Notes under the pieces: generated by a model
The model's database searches: none
The model's input: the letters and a program-made list of their open reading frames with translations, nothing else
Told to the model about the DNA's origin: nothing
Part shown: positions 63,067 to 64,000 of the stretch, piece after piece
Position numbering within the stretch: the first letter of the stretch is position 1
Layout: each line of letters begins with the position of its first letter
IMG/VR virus record: IMGVR_UViG_3300023184_000026
Coordinates: 186,001-250,000 of that record
DNA: 64,000 nucleotides
Strand: one strand, 5' to 3'
Position numbers and translations under genes: made by a program

Positions 63067-64000
63067 ATGTCGTCGCTAAAAACATCAGAACTCACAATTT
63101 TAGTAAATAATGTTCTAAAAGACACAGGACGACTGCGTAAAGGAAATAATTTACAATATCATTGTCCAAAATGTCATCATCGCAAGCGAAAATTGGAAGT
63201 GTGTCTTGATGCTCCAAATGCTTGGCATTGTTGGACATGTAATATAAAAGGCAGAGGATTATATTGGTTGTTGAAACTTGCACAAGCCACGCAAGAACAG
63301 TTCAACAAGTTGGAATCTCTTGTAGGAGCACATGTTTCTAAAAATAGTTTATCAGAGTTTGATAAAAAAATTGCGTCACTAACTTCAAATAAAGTATATG
63401 AAGATTATAGTGAAATATTATGTTTGCCAGATGAGTTTAAAAGTTTGGCGGAAAATGATGCTAGTATAGAATATCGCATTGCATTGAACTATGCAAAAAA
63501 ACGCAAACTATCATTTTGTGATATTATAAAATACAACATTGGATATTGCAGCAAAGGACCATTTGCCAATCGTATTGTATTTCCGTCATATGATAAAAAC
63601 AATAACTTAAACTTTTATAGTTGTCGCAGTTATTATGATGATGGTTACAAATACAAAAACAGCGAGTTTAGTAAAAATATTGTAGGATTTGAAAACCTTG
63701 TTGATTTTGATTTTCCAATTTATTTATGCGAGGGTGCTTTGGATGCCATCTCAATAAAAAGAAATGCAATTCCACTTTTTGGAAAAACTTTGAGCGCAAA
63801 ACTAAAAGCAACAATTGTACAAAGCAAATGTCCAGAAGTGAATATTGTGTTGGATGATGATGCATTGAATAATGCAATTCGCATCGCAGAATATATAAAC
63901 TCTATTGGTAAAGTATCCAAGTTGATACAACTGCAAGGCAAAGATCCAAATGTTTTGGGTTTTGCTGCAACAATGGAAAAGATTAGAAAAACAGATGTGC
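63067..64000 (+). CDS. DNA primase (partial, runs off window; absent from ORF track)
   Basis: CPKCHH...WHCWTC zinc finger, YNIGYC, RIVFPSYD, TOPRIM LCEGALDA and VLDDDA. Confidence 0.9.
   Translation, partial: MSSLKTSELTILVNNVLKDTGRLRKGNNLQYHCPKCHHRKRKLEVCLDAPNAWHCWTCNIKGRGLYWLLKLAQATQEQFNKLESLVGAHVSKNSLSEFDKKIASLTSNKVYEDYSEILCLPDEFKSLAENDASIEYRIALNYAKKRKLSFCDIIKYNIGYCSKGPFANRIVFPSYDKNNNLNFYSCRSYYDDGYKYKNSEFSKNIVGFENLVDFDFPIYLCEGALDAISIKRNAIPLFGKTLSAKLKATIVQSKCPEVNIVLDDDALNNAIRIAEYINSIGKVSKLIQLQGKDPNVLGFAATMEKIRKTDV

Noticed and set aside
1-64000. Stop-codon reassignment, as seen in some large phages
   Set aside because: Long genes are intact under the standard code; TAA, TGA and TAG all end genes; no suppressor tRNA seen

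Overview
64-kb segment of a large AT-rich dsDNA tailed phage (myovirus-like, standard genetic code), in three parts. (1) 1-1.4 kb: ssb, a terminator, a ~21-bp-period AT-rich tandem repeat and GC-rich motifs. (2) ~1.4-24.2 kb: an early-type module of ~50 small + strand genes. Most sit behind their own copy of one promoter-like repeat (TTGACT/TTGCTT/TCGACT, a ~16-bp spacer containing the palindrome TTTTTATAAAAA, YAnnnT, ~7 nt, ATG), so they are apparently leaderless. The module is interrupted by three antisense nuclease genes and by a cluster of tRNAs and structured RNAs, and ends in poly-G/poly-C tracts. (3) 24.6-64 kb: middle/late genes, including PhoH, Pro/Thr-rich virion-type proteins next to a glycosyltransferase-carbamoyltransferase cluster, Hsp20, peptide deformylase, a sigma-like factor, baseplate/tail genes, a RuvC-like resolvase and a truncated primase. 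Most notable: the promoter-cassette array with signs of shuffling; an intact tRNA-Arg gene nested antisense and in frame inside a nuclease ORF; a conserved small-ORF/GIY-YIG overlapping pair present twice; several tRNA-like and closed-stem ncRNAs; a GC-rich fibronectin-III insert; and a candidate mucin-type virion glycosylation system. All family calls are from motif recognition by eye, not database searches.
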